Positions 24,769-34,628 of a stretch of DNA of 64,000 nt are shown here, piece after piece. Origin of the DNA: Nitrospirota bacterium. GTDB lineage: Bacteria > Nitrospirota > Nitrospiria > 2-01-FULL-66-17. The notes under the pieces were generated by a model. The model did no database searches. It was not told the DNA's origin and was given only the letters and a program-made list of their open reading frames with translations. Position 1 is the stretch's first letter, and every line of letters begins with the position of its first letter. The position numbers were made by a program, and so were the translations under genes. The stretch is from assembly GCA_049325335.1 (NCBI GenBank), contig JBMOMC010000002.1, forward strand, positions 389,805 through 453,804, written 5' to 3'.

Positions 24769-26031
24769 ATGGAGGCTCAGTTTACCGATCTGAAGTTTTG
24801 GGACGCCGACGCCATGCAGTCCGAGTGGCTGCGCGTCGCGGACATCTGCCACGGTTGCCGGCGCTGTTTCAACCTATGCCCGTCGTTTTCGATCTTGTTC
24901 AACGGGATCGACGCGCTGGACGGGGAGGTTGAGAAACTCGGCGCCGCGGTCACGCGCGACGTGGTGGATGCCTGTTACTACTGCAAGCTCTGTTACAACC
25001 ACTGCCCGTACACCCCGCCCCACGAGTTTCGGTTGGATTTTCCCCTGTTGATGGTGCGCGAAAAGGCGGTCCGGGCTAAAACCCAGCGGCCGCGGTTGCG
25101 CGATCGTCTGTTGGTCAAGACCGATCTCCTTGGACACACCGCGCGCTGGGTTGCCCCGATTCTGAACCGGTTGCTACGGACCGGGTGGTTTCGAACGGTA
25201 CTCCATCGCGTCGGGGGGATTCACAAGGACCGGCGGCTGGCGCCGATCGCGTCCGAGACGTTTCCGATGTGGTTGCGCAAGCAGAACCTGCGTCGAGACG
25301 GCGAGCGCAAAGTCGCCTTGTTCGCGGGCTGCCTGACCAACTACAACTACCCGTCCATCGGGCGCGCAACCGTGCAGGTGCTGGAGAAGAACGGGGTCGC
25401 GGTGGCGTGGCCCGAACAGCGTTGCTGCGGGATGCCCTACTTCGACACCGGGGACATCGCGGCCGCGACCGAACACGCGCGCCGCAACGTGACCTCGCTC
25501 AAGGCGATGGTGGATCAGGGGTACGCCGTGGTCTCGCCGATTCCGACGTGTAGCCTGATGTTGAAGAAGGAATACCCCACGTTGTTGAACACCGACGATG
25601 CGCGTCTGGTCGCCAAACATACCTTCGACCTTTGCGAATATCTGGTGGGCCTCCACAAGAAAGGCCAACTCTCCACCGATTTCCCGGGCCGCGTGGGCAC
25701 GGTCGCCTATCAAGCCGCCTGTCACATGCGCGACCAGAACATCGGGTACAAAGCCCGCGATCTCCTGCAACTCATCCCCGGGACCACGGTGGAGGTGATC
25801 GAACGCTGCTCCGGCCACGACGGCTCGTGGAGCGTGAAGACCGAATTCTTCGGCGCGTCGATGCAGGTCGGCCAAAAAGCGTTCCGGGCGGTCAACGCGG
25901 CCGAGGCCCAGACGCTCACGTCCGATTGCCCGTTGTCCGGGCTCCAATTGGAGCAAGCCACGGGCAAGACCAGTTGTCATCCCATTGAGTTGCTCAACCG
26001 GGCGTACGGGTTGCCCGACCCCCGGACCTGA
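24769..26031 (+). CDS. Fe-S oxidoreductase (GlpC/HdrD-like, CCG domains)
   Basis: CHGCRRC..LC, CYYCKLC...CPY, CCGMP, CSGHDG, SDCP. Confidence 0.88.
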   Translation: MEAQFTDLKFWDADAMQSEWLRVADICHGCRRCFNLCPSFSILFNGIDALDGEVEKLGAAVTRDVVDACYYCKLCYNHCPYTPPHEFRLDFPLLMVREKAVRAKTQRPRLRDRLLVKTDLLGHTARWVAPILNRLLRTGWFRTVLHRVGGIHKDRRLAPIASETFPMWLRKQNLRRDGERKVALFAGCLTNYNYPSIGRATVQVLEKNGVAVAWPEQRCCGMPYFDTGDIAAATEHARRNVTSLKAMVDQGYAVVSPIPTCSLMLKKEYPTLLNTDDARLVAKHTFDLCEYLVGLHKKGQLSTDFPGRVGTVAYQAACHMRDQNIGYKARDLLQLIPGTTVEVIERCSGHDGSWSVKTEFFGASMQVGQKAFRAVNAAEAQTLTSDCPLSGLQLEQATGKTSCHPIELLNRAYGLPDPRT

Positions 26032-26035
26032 CGCG

Positions 26036-26614
26036 ATGGAGCCGATTCAACGAACGGACATCAAAGCCCTTCCGGAGTATGAACCGGTCCGCGACGCCTC
26101 GCGACGCGAGGTGATTGCCTTGAAGAAGGCGCGCCGCGTGCTGCTTGGAGACTGCGTGTCATTGGTGTTCGAGAATCGCCGGACCGTCGCGCACCAGATC
26201 CAGGAGATGATGCGCGCCGAACATATCTACGACGAGGCGTTGATCTTCCATGAGATCGAGACCTATAACAAACTGATTCCCGGCGCGGGCGAGCTCTCGG
26301 CCACCGTGTTCATCGAGGTCGATGACCAGCAGGCGATCAAACCCACGCTCGATCGGCTGCGCGGGCTTGATGACGGTCGATCATTGGTGTTGCGTATCGA
26401 CGGCGTGCCGCCGATCTACGCGGCGTTTGAAGCCGGGCACAGTAACGAGGAAAAAATCAGCGCGGTCCACTACGTGCGATTCCGCCTGGACGCGGCCGCG
26501 CAGCGCGCGTTGCGTGACGGGGCGCGTGCGGCGCTGGCCATCGTTCACCCGCGGTATCAGGCCGAGACTCCGTTGTCCGATGACACCCGGCTGCAGTTGC
26601 TCAGCGATCTGTAA
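26036..26614 (+). CDS. DUF3501 family protein
   Basis: FENR.TV..QIQEM.R.E, YN.LIP, SAVHYVRF; rubrerythrin/Fe-S/DUF3501 synteny. Confidence 0.85.
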   Translation: MEPIQRTDIKALPEYEPVRDASRREVIALKKARRVLLGDCVSLVFENRRTVAHQIQEMMRAEHIYDEALIFHEIETYNKLIPGAGELSATVFIEVDDQQAIKPTLDRLRGLDDGRSLVLRIDGVPPIYAAFEAGHSNEEKISAVHYVRFRLDAAAQRALRDGARAALAIVHPRYQAETPLSDDTRLQLLSDL

Positions 26615-26619
26615 CTCAT

Positions 26620-28050
26620 ATGGACGCGACCCCATTTTTCGTTGACGGGCGGTGGGTGACGAGTCCCGCCGTCTCGCCGGTTCGCAATCCGCACACGGGC
26701 GAAGAGATCGCTCACGTGTGCCTGGCGGATCGCGCGCAGATGGACCACGCCGTTGCCGCGGCGGAGCGGGCGTTCCGCGAGACCCTCGGCGTGGCGCGGC
26801 ACGTACGCGCCGAGTGGTTGTCCAAGGCCGCGGCGGGCTTGACCAAACAGAAGGCGGAACTGGCCCGGCTGATCGCCACCGAGGCCGGCAAGCCGATGCA
26901 GTTTGCCTCGGGCGAGGTGGACCGCGCGGCGGCCACGTTTACCGTGGCGGCGGAAGAGGCCAAGCGGCTCGCGGGCGAATGGATTCCCACGGATTGGAGC
27001 CCGGCGGGCGAAGGCTACGCGGCGGTGACCAAACGCGTGCCGCTCGGTCCGATCGCGGCGTTTGCGCCGTTCAACTTTCCGCTCAACCTGGTGGCGCACA
27101 AGATCGCGCCGTGCCTGGCCTCCGGCAATACCCTGGTGCTCAAACCGCCGCCGCAAGCGCCGCTGACCGCGTTGCGCCTGGGTCGGATCCTGTTGGACGC
27201 GGGCGTGCCGCCCGGCGTGGTCAACATCCTTCCGTGCGATATCCCGGTGGCCGAAGCGCTGGTCGCCGACCCGCGTATCCAATTTGTCACGTTCACCGGG
27301 AGCGCCACGGTGGGCTGGCGGATTAAGTCGAACGCGGGCAAGAAAGGCGTGTTGCTCGAACTGGGCGGCAACGCCGCGGCCGTGATCCACGTGGATGCGG
27401 ATCTTGCGTGGGCCGCGAAACGGCTGGCCGTTGGCGCGTTCGCGTATGCGGGGCAGATTTGCATTTCCGTCCAACGGATCATGGTCCATGAGGCGGTGTA
27501 CGAACGATTCGTCGAGCAGTTCCTGGCCGAGGTCGAGGCGCTGCCGGTCGGCGATCCGTTGGATGCCAAGACCGTGGTGGGCCCGGTGATCGATCAAGCC
27601 GCAGCCGACCGCGTCGACCGGTGGACCGCGGACGCCCTCGCGGGCGGGGCCAAGGCCCTGACCACGATCTCGCGTCAAGGCAACCTGATCGCGCCGATCG
27701 TGTTGACCAATACGCAGCCGACCATGGCCGTGAGTTGCGAGGAAGTGTTCGGTCCGGTGGTCACGCTCGCGCCGTATCGCGCGTTCGACGAAGCCTTGGC
27801 CGCGGTGAACGATTCGCGGTACGGCCTGCAAGCCGGCGTGTTTACTCACGACCTGCGTCGCGCGTTTGAATCGTTCGACCGCCTCGACGTGGGCGGCGTC
27901 ATCATCAACGATTACCCTATGTTCCGTCTCGATCACACCCCTTATGGGGGCATGAAGGACTCCGGCCTGGGCCGCGAAGGCGTCAAATACGCCATGGACG
28001 CCATGACCCAGATCAAGACCGCGATCTTCCGAACGGGCATTACGTTATAA
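26620..28050 (+). CDS. Aldehyde dehydrogenase family protein
   Basis: PFNFP, FTGS, LELGGN, GQICIS, EEVFGPV. Confidence 0.93.
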   Translation: MDATPFFVDGRWVTSPAVSPVRNPHTGEEIAHVCLADRAQMDHAVAAAERAFRETLGVARHVRAEWLSKAAAGLTKQKAELARLIATEAGKPMQFASGEVDRAAATFTVAAEEAKRLAGEWIPTDWSPAGEGYAAVTKRVPLGPIAAFAPFNFPLNLVAHKIAPCLASGNTLVLKPPPQAPLTALRLGRILLDAGVPPGVVNILPCDIPVAEALVADPRIQFVTFTGSATVGWRIKSNAGKKGVLLELGGNAAAVIHVDADLAWAAKRLAVGAFAYAGQICISVQRIMVHEAVYERFVEQFLAEVEALPVGDPLDAKTVVGPVIDQAAADRVDRWTADALAGGAKALTTISRQGNLIAPIVLTNTQPTMAVSCEEVFGPVVTLAPYRAFDEALAAVNDSRYGLQAGVFTHDLRRAFESFDRLDVGGVIINDYPMFRLDHTPYGGMKDSGLGREGVKYAMDAMTQIKTAIFRTGITL

Positions 28051-28420
28051 CCGATCGCTTCCGACGTCTCCACCGGTCGGCGGGAATCCCGTTCGCGGCG
28101 GAAAGTGGAAGCCGCGCCCTCGGCGTTGAGGCGCATGACGCGCGGGACTTTCCAGCGCGGGATTTTCCGCTTGACACGGGACCCGGGAGTTCGCTACGCC
28201 CCGGCCCGAAGTACCCGGCCAAGTCCCCTTTCAACTTGTGGCCCGTTCTGGTCCGTTGGTGCCTTTCCAATCCTGGTGGTGCGATGTCGCATCTGCGGCG
28301 GAGGTTTCTGTCTTTACTCGAGGGAATCCCATCAACAGTTGTGGTCTGTCCGGCGTGAGGTAAACAGAGGCGAGGCAATGGGAACGATTCATTTCAAGTC
28401 AGAAGGCGCTACACCTTCCA

Positions 28421-28530
28421 TCAAGGCAAACTCCCGGTAACGGGAGGACGCGAAGCCGCGGATCTTTACCCGTGTCGGGGCGTACGGTCGTACGCGCTCT
28501 GCTCACGCGAAGACAGCCGGCTGCCGAGGT
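28421..28530 (+). ncRNA. c-di-GMP-I (GEMM) riboswitch with a REP-like insertion
   Basis: GGCAAAC-TCCC-GGTAAC-GGGA-GGACGCGAAGCC.CGG.TCT...AGACAGCCGGCTGCCGA fits the GEMM layout; T-tract at about 28572. Confidence 0.75.
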
Positions 28531-28641
28531 GACAATAATCGAGCGGAGATTATTGGCCTGTAGGCGCCCGGTTTTTTTGATGCGCAAGAAGACGGGCGTG
28601 AAGACGCCCGTGGAATTTTTGTCCGAACAGCGAGGTGTCTT

Positions 28642-29015
28642 ATGCGGCGAATCCCGGTGTTTCTCGGTGGGGTGGCGGTCGCAGGCGGGGCGGTTCTCCT
28701 AGTCAGCGCCGTCCAGCAAATCCAAGTCAGTGGGAATGCACGTGGCAGCGGTCAGGGTTTCGATCAATCAGCGGACGTTTCCGTATGGACGGGGTCAGTT
28801 ATACCGCCCAGGACGGCGACCACGTCGGTTTTCGCCTGAAGGTCGATCGGATCGAGGTCGCAAAACGAAAGTTTGGGATGGTTTACCTCAATCCGCTCAA
28901 GGAGGCCGTCCTCTCGAATCTGGAGATCAAAATTCACCAGCGCGACGGTGAACAGGCCCTCCGCAACATCCTGTCGGCGGAGACGGTCGGGCGACTCCTC
29001 ACAGAGAAACATTAG
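28642..29015 (+). pseudogene. Apparently frameshifted membrane-anchored hypothetical gene
   Basis: GAGGTG RBS and TM N-terminus (28642 frame, stops 28839); protein-like remainder in another frame ending 29015. Confidence 0.45.
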
Positions 29016-29026
29016 AGGGAAATCGC

Positions 29027-29597
29027 ATGATGATCCATAAGAACCGTCAGATCTCACAGGTGATAGGGCTGACAGGCCTTGTGTTCCTGCACGTCTCCCC
29101 GATCGCCTTGGCCGGTACTCTGCCTCCCGGTTTTGACCGCGGGGGGGAAGGTCGTGTGGGCCGAGGGGGATCGACAAGATGTGTTCGTCAGGAGTTCGAA
29201 CTACCAGTGTCCATCAGGTCTCGCGGACGTTGCGCCTGATGAAGATACGTGGCTCACGGTGGATATCCCTCTGCTCGATCACACCAAGGCCAAGGCCGCG
29301 ATCATCTTCGGTCACGCCTGGGCGGAGCAAGACGGGGTGGGCGAGAGCAATGGGGTCACGGTGCATGTGAGCCGAGACGGGCTCACCGACTCGTCGCCCT
29401 GGAATCAGGTTGCGCAGTCCAAGGTGAAGCTGGCGAACGACGGCGGGGATGAGCATTCGATGATGATTGTCGACCTGGATGAGAATAAGGATTTTAAGGC
29501 CCGTTATCACTTTGGGGAGATGTTTGAGACAGGTGTGGATGAAACCCAGTTGTGCTGGTGGGGAACGAGGGTTCAACTCCTTGGGTGGATAGAGTAA
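29027..29597 (+). pseudogene. Secreted hypothetical protein frameshifted at a G7 tract
   Basis: Signal peptide (...PIALA) in the 29027 frame joins the 29079-frame ORF if one G of 29141-29147 is removed. Confidence 0.6.
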
Positions 29598-29811
29598 GGC
29601 GAGGTGCAAGCGGCAAAAGGCGACGGAGATCACGAGCGTGAGAACGACTCGGAGTAGTCTGTTCGACTCCCGCCGTTCGGTCGGGTGTGATTCGTTCTCG
29701 GTTTTTTCAACCGACGTGTGTTTGGGCGGGGGTTACAGCCCTTGTGACCGGCCTTGACCTGCCGGCCCCAAAGCTGATAAGGTCCGCTCCGTTTCGTCAG
29801 GGCGCGAGCCT

Positions 29812-30636
29812 GTGACCGACACCCGCATGACGGATCAACCCGACGAATCGTCCGTGGCGTATCAGGTCAAGCTCCCCGTGTTCGAGGGGCCGCTTGATTT
29901 GCTGCTGCACCTCATTAGAGAACATCGGCTCGATATCTACGACATTCCGATCGCGTTGATCACCAAGCAGTACCTCGAATACCTCGATCTGCTGAAGGAG
30001 TTGAACCTCTCGGTCGCGGGCGAGTTTTTGGTCATGGCCGCCACGCTGGTGCAGATCAAATCCCGGATGTTGCTCCCGCGCGAGGAGCAACCCGAGTCCG
30101 CGGAGCCGGAGGAAGACCCGCGCGAAGAGTTGGTGCGGCGGCTCGTCGAGTATCAGCGCTTCAAGGATGCGGCCGAGGCGTTGGAAGACCGCGAAGCCGC
30201 GTGGCGCGACGTGTTTCGCCGCGAGCCCACGCCGCTGCCGCAGGCGGAGCCCGAAGAGTATGATTTGGGCGAGTTGTCGGTGTTCGACCTGCTCACCGCG
30301 CTGCGCGAGGTGCTCGATCGCGTGCCGGATCCCACAATCATGGAGGTCACGGTCGAGGCGTTGACCGTCCGCGATCGGATGACCGCGCTCATCGAGCGTT
30401 TCGATGCCTTGGCCGAGGGCGAGCGGGTGCGGTTTCACGATTTGTTTGAGCAGGCCGCGTCTCGCACCGCCGTGATCGTGACGTTTCTGGCGCTGTTGGA
30501 GTTGGTCAAGATGCACGTGCTCGGTCTCCGGCAGAGCGGTCCGAGTGAGGAAATCGAGGTGTTGCGGATGGAGTCCGTAGCGGCCGAGGTCGGCGACGCC
30601 GAAAACGGGCCGGGGGGGGATGCGCCCAATGGATGA
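29812..30636 (+). CDS. scpA: Segregation and condensation protein A
   Basis: FEGPLDLLLHLI, EFLVMAATL..IKSRMLLP, TFLALLEL. Confidence 0.95.
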   Translation: MTDTRMTDQPDESSVAYQVKLPVFEGPLDLLLHLIREHRLDIYDIPIALITKQYLEYLDLLKELNLSVAGEFLVMAATLVQIKSRMLLPREEQPESAEPEEDPREELVRRLVEYQRFKDAAEALEDREAAWRDVFRREPTPLPQAEPEEYDLGELSVFDLLTALREVLDRVPDPTIMEVTVEALTVRDRMTALIERFDALAEGERVRFHDLFEQAASRTAVIVTFLALLELVKMHVLGLRQSGPSEEIEVLRMESVAAEVGDAENGPGGDAPNG

Positions 30637-31300
30637 CCGCGAACTCAAACCGATTGTGGAAGCCTTGTTGTTTGTCGCGGCCGAACCCATGTCGATGAAC
30701 AAGTTGTGCGAGATTCTCGACGGGGTGGAGCGCGAACGCGTGGCCGCGTGCCTCGACGATCTACGGGAACAATATCGCCAAGGCGACCACGGGTTGACCG
30801 TGGCGGAGGTCGGGGGCGGGTACCAACTCGTCACGGTGCCTGAAGCGGCGCCGTGGCTTCGCAAGCTGTCTACAGCCAAAGCCCCGCTGCGGCTTTCCAA
30901 GCCCGCGTTGGAAACCCTGGCGATCATCGCGTACAAGCAGCCGCTGACCAGACCGGAAGTCGAGTCGATTCGCGGCGTGGACGTGGCCGGGGTCGTCAAG
31001 ACGCTCATGGACCGCCGACTCGTCAAAATCGTGGGTCGCAAGGACCTCCCGGGTCGCCCCATGATGTTCGGCACCACCAAGGAATTTCTGCACGCGTTCG
31101 GCCTCAAGGACCTGGCGGATCTCCCGACGCTCAAGGACTTCGCGGAGATCGCGCGTGCCACGGACGTTTCCGTGGGAGATCAGGACGTCGCGGCAGGGAA
31201 CGAGTCGCCCACGTCCGACCGTGTGCCGGACGAATCGGAGATCGTGGAGGCCGCCGACTCTCCGGTCTCGGACGCGCCGACCGAACCGTCGCTCGCCTGA
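30629..31300 (+). CDS. scpB: Segregation and condensation protein B
   Basis: EALLF, LS..ALETLAIIAYKQP.TR, IRGV, PGRP...GTT..FL. Confidence 0.95.
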   Translation: MDDRELKPIVEALLFVAAEPMSMNKLCEILDGVERERVAACLDDLREQYRQGDHGLTVAEVGGGYQLVTVPEAAPWLRKLSTAKAPLRLSKPALETLAIIAYKQPLTRPEVESIRGVDVAGVVKTLMDRRLVKIVGRKDLPGRPMMFGTTKEFLHAFGLKDLADLPTLKDFAEIARATDVSVGDQDVAAGNESPTSDRVPDESEIVEAADSPVSDAPTEPSLA

Positions 31301-31352
31301 TCTAGGATCGGAGCCCGAGAGCGTCTGCTTCCGACACAGTCAGGGTGTAGTG

Positions 31353-31530
31353 GAGGCTGCTCAAAAAGCTCCATCTGCCCCCTTCGGGGACTTCCGTCAT
31401 TCCTAATTCTTGGAGGTGGATCGCAAGGCCACCGACGAGAATCTGCACCGCGCCGAAGGTGCGGGATGAAAATGGTCGCCTCCTTCCAGATGGCGAAGTA
31501 ACGCCGCAGATGGACTTTTGCAGCAGCCTC
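31353..31530. repeat. Palindromic intergenic repeat, related copy 3
   Basis: GAGGCTGCT...AGCAGCCTC ends; AACGCCGCAGATG is the reverse complement of the CATCTGCGGCGTT core of copies 1 and 2. Confidence 0.6.
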
Positions 31531-31544
31531 ATGGGTATCCCGCC

Positions 31545-34500
31545 GTGTTGAGCATCACCTGCGGCCCCTACCATCCCCACCTCGAAGCCGCGCTCGCGGA
31601 CGACGTCATCGCCGCGAAGACGGCTGATCCGCTCTCGTCCATCATCATCGTGGTTCCGTCGGACTCGCTCCGTCGGCGCATCGTCCGTCTGTTCGCGGGG
31701 GAGTGGCGACGCACGTTCCTGAACCTGTCGGTCCTGACGTTTCACCAACTGTCGCGACGCCTGGTCGAGGAAGCCAACGGGATGTCCCTCCCGCCGCTCG
31801 TGGACGATCAAGGGTTCGAGGAGCTGATGCGCTTGTTGCTGGATCGCAAGCCCGCGGGGCACGCGTTCGCCGGGGTTGCGGCGACGCGGGGCGGGGGCGC
31901 GGCCCTCTGGCAAACGCTGCGCGACTTAAAGGACGCCAAGGTGCCGCCTCGGGCGTTGGCCGAGGCCGTGGCGGAATCCCTGTTTCCGGCGGACGACGCG
32001 CCGCGGCTCGCGGCGTTGGCCGGTCTGTACGGCGAGGTCTTGTCCGCGGCGGAGACGGCCGGGTGGGTCGACTACACCGACCTCGACGCCATGGCGTCCG
32101 CGGCCGCGCCGTCATCGGCCATGCTGAAAAATCAGCGTCTCGTCGCCTACTACGGATTTTATGACGTGACCCAGGCGCAATACGACGTGTTGCGCGCCGT
32201 CTCCGGCGCCGCGGAGGCCGCGGTGTATTTCCCGTTCGCGTCCGGCGACCCGTCGTGGGCGTTCGCGGACCGGTTCCTCACCAGATACCTTACCGGGTTA
32301 TCGACGCGTCCGGTGCGGGTCCTCGACGGCCCGGCGCCGCCTCGGCGGTCGGTCACGCTCATGTCCTGTTCCGGCACGCAAGACGAAGTCCGGGCGTGCG
32401 CCAAGACGATTCTGGCATTGGTCGAGGACGAGGGCTTCGCGTTCGAGGACATCGGCGTGGTGGCCCGGAGTCTTGAGCCTTACGCGGACGCGATCACGCG
32501 CGAGTTCGCCCGCCATCATCTCCCCTTGGTCACCACCGCGACCCGTCCGCTCGCGCGTCATCCGCTGGCCCAAGCCGCGTTGCGGCTCGCGCGGATTGCG
32601 GAGGGTGTTCCGACGCGGGAGGACGTGATCGACTTCGTGGCGTCGCCCTGGTGTCGCGTGGAGCGTTTGGCACCGCACGTCCGAGCCGAAATCTCTCTCT
32701 GGGACGAGTTGGCGCGTTCCGTCGGCGTGACGAACGGGTATGAGGCGTGGGCGCGGCTGGGAACCCTTGTCGGCCCCGACAGCGGTTCCGAGGCGGGGTC
32801 ATCCGCGCGAGGCGCGCAGGCCGCCGCCTTGCTTCGCGTGGTGGATGGTCTGCGGCGAACGTGCGAGGCGTTACCGGAGGCCGCCTCGGGCGCGGCGCAC
32901 GCCGGCGCGTGGCGCGGGCTGCTCGCGTCGTTGCTGGGAATCGAGGGTGAGGCGGACGCCCAGGACGAATCGCCGGACGATGTTGACGAGGCGGCGGCCG
33001 CGGTGCTGGCCGCGTTCACCGCGCCCGCGCGACTTGACGCCTTCACGTCGACCATGACGAAGACCGCCTATCTCGACATGGTGCGTCGCCGGATCGACTC
33101 GACTACGATGCCGACCACGGACCCGAATGCCCGCGGTGTTCTGGCGATGGACGCCGCGTCCGCGCGCGGCATCTCGGTCCGGGCCGTGGTCCTCTTGGGG
33201 TTAAACGAAGGCGTGTTCCCGCGCGTGATTCGGGAAGACGCGTTTTTACGGGATCAGGAGCGGCGTCTGATCGAAACCACGCTCGGGTACAAGATTCCGG
33301 AAAAACTCGCGGGGTACGAAGAGGAACGCTTGCTCTTTGCCGCGCTCACCGGGGCGGGCCGGGACCGGGTCGTGCTCTCGACGCAGCGGGCTGACGACGC
33401 GGGACGGGCGCTGGCACCGTCCTGGTACCTGACCTCCTGGCGCGACGCGGGGGCCAACGCGGTGCGCGTCGATGTCCCGCGCCGGATGCGCGAGAAGCCC
33501 CGCGTGGCGCCGTTCGATCGGGTCGACCGACTGACGCCGCATGAAGCACTGGTGCTGGCGCAACTGGTTGGTGGACTCACCGCTGCGGTGGCTGACGCGA
33601 GAACCCACGAACGGCTTACCCGCGCCGCGTCCTGTCGCGCCGCGATCGACGCGTGGGCGACAACGCTGTCGGCGTTCGACGGCGACGTCGGTCCCCCGCT
33701 GGAGTGGCTCGTGGGACAGCGGGAAGCGGGATACTCGGCCACGGGACTCGCGACGTATACGACGTGTCCATGGCAATTCTTCGTGGCCAAGGTGTTGGGC
33801 GTTGTCCAGCCGGCCGACGCCGAGGCAAACGCGGAGCCCACGGCGCGTGACTGGGGCGTGTTGGCTCACGAGGCGGTTGCGCGGGCGGCGCGGGACTCGG
33901 CGTCGGACATCAACGCGATCTGGCGAGAGGTCTGCGCGCGGTACGCGCGGCGTGCCGGCATCGGGTATCCCTTGGCCTGGGACCTGGCCGTCGAGCGGAT
34001 CGGCCGCGTGGTGGCCCGGGTCGCGGCGGATGACGCGACGGAGCGGGCGCGGACCGGGTATGCGGTGATCGAGACCGAAGTGGCGTTGCGCGGAGAGTTG
34101 GGCGCGGACCCGGCCGTGCCGATCCAGGGCCGTTTAGACCGCATCGATCAGGCGCCTGACAAGGGCCTGCGTGTCGTTGACTGGAAGTTCCGCGCCGCGC
34201 GCGGGGCGAACCGCCGGAGCGATCTCGCGGCCGCGGCGCTTCGCGGCCGGGGTTTGCAGCCGCCGATCTACGAAGCCTTGGCCCAACGGTACGCCCTCAC
34301 CCATCTTGGCCGGACGACCGGAAACACCGAGGCGGTGGTCTACGAGGTCGGGCTGAACGAGCGCGACGCGGGCATAGACCGCGCGCCGTACGCGCCTGAT
34401 CCGGACGCGCGCACCCGCATCCTCGGGACGGTGCGCGCGCTGGTGGACGGGATCGAACAGGGGGTCTTTCCGATGAACCCCGACACGCACTGCGCGTGGT

Positions 34501-34628
34501 GCGACGTGGCGGCGTCGTGCCGCCTCCGGCACGCGCCGTCGCGCGCGCGCGCGGAGCGCGATCCGCGATCCGCGGGTCTCGATCGTATCCGCCGCGCGCC
34601 GGTGCGGCCGCCGAAGGAGCCGGGATGA
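31545..34628 (+). CDS. AddB/RexB-like helicase-nuclease subunit
   Basis: Inactive helicase fold, CPWQFF, GRLDRID, DWK, LQ..IY, C.WC....SC Fe-S staple. Confidence 0.85.
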   Translation: MLSITCGPYHPHLEAALADDVIAAKTADPLSSIIIVVPSDSLRRRIVRLFAGEWRRTFLNLSVLTFHQLSRRLVEEANGMSLPPLVDDQGFEELMRLLLDRKPAGHAFAGVAATRGGGAALWQTLRDLKDAKVPPRALAEAVAESLFPADDAPRLAALAGLYGEVLSAAETAGWVDYTDLDAMASAAAPSSAMLKNQRLVAYYGFYDVTQAQYDVLRAVSGAAEAAVYFPFASGDPSWAFADRFLTRYLTGLSTRPVRVLDGPAPPRRSVTLMSCSGTQDEVRACAKTILALVEDEGFAFEDIGVVARSLEPYADAITREFARHHLPLVTTATRPLARHPLAQAALRLARIAEGVPTREDVIDFVASPWCRVERLAPHVRAEISLWDELARSVGVTNGYEAWARLGTLVGPDSGSEAGSSARGAQAAALLRVVDGLRRTCEALPEAASGAAHAGAWRGLLASLLGIEGEADAQDESPDDVDEAAAAVLAAFTAPARLDAFTSTMTKTAYLDMVRRRIDSTTMPTTDPNARGVLAMDAASARGISVRAVVLLGLNEGVFPRVIREDAFLRDQERRLIETTLGYKIPEKLAGYEEERLLFAALTGAGRDRVVLSTQRADDAGRALAPSWYLTSWRDAGANAVRVDVPRRMREKPRVAPFDRVDRLTPHEALVLAQLVGGLTAAVADARTHERLTRAASCRAAIDAWATTLSAFDGDVGPPLEWLVGQREAGYSATGLATYTTCPWQFFVAKVLGVVQPADAEANAEPTARDWGVLAHEAVARAARDSASDINAIWREVCARYARRAGIGYPLAWDLAVERIGRVVARVAADDATERARTGYAVIETEVALRGELGADPAVPIQGRLDRIDQAPDKGLRVVDWKFRAARGANRRSDLAAAALRGRGLQPPIYEALAQRYALTHLGRTTGNTEAVVYEVGLNERDAGIDRAPYAPDPDARTRILGTVRALVDGIEQGVFPMNPDTHCAWCDVAASCRLRHAPSRARAERDPRSAGLDRIRRAPVRPPKEPG

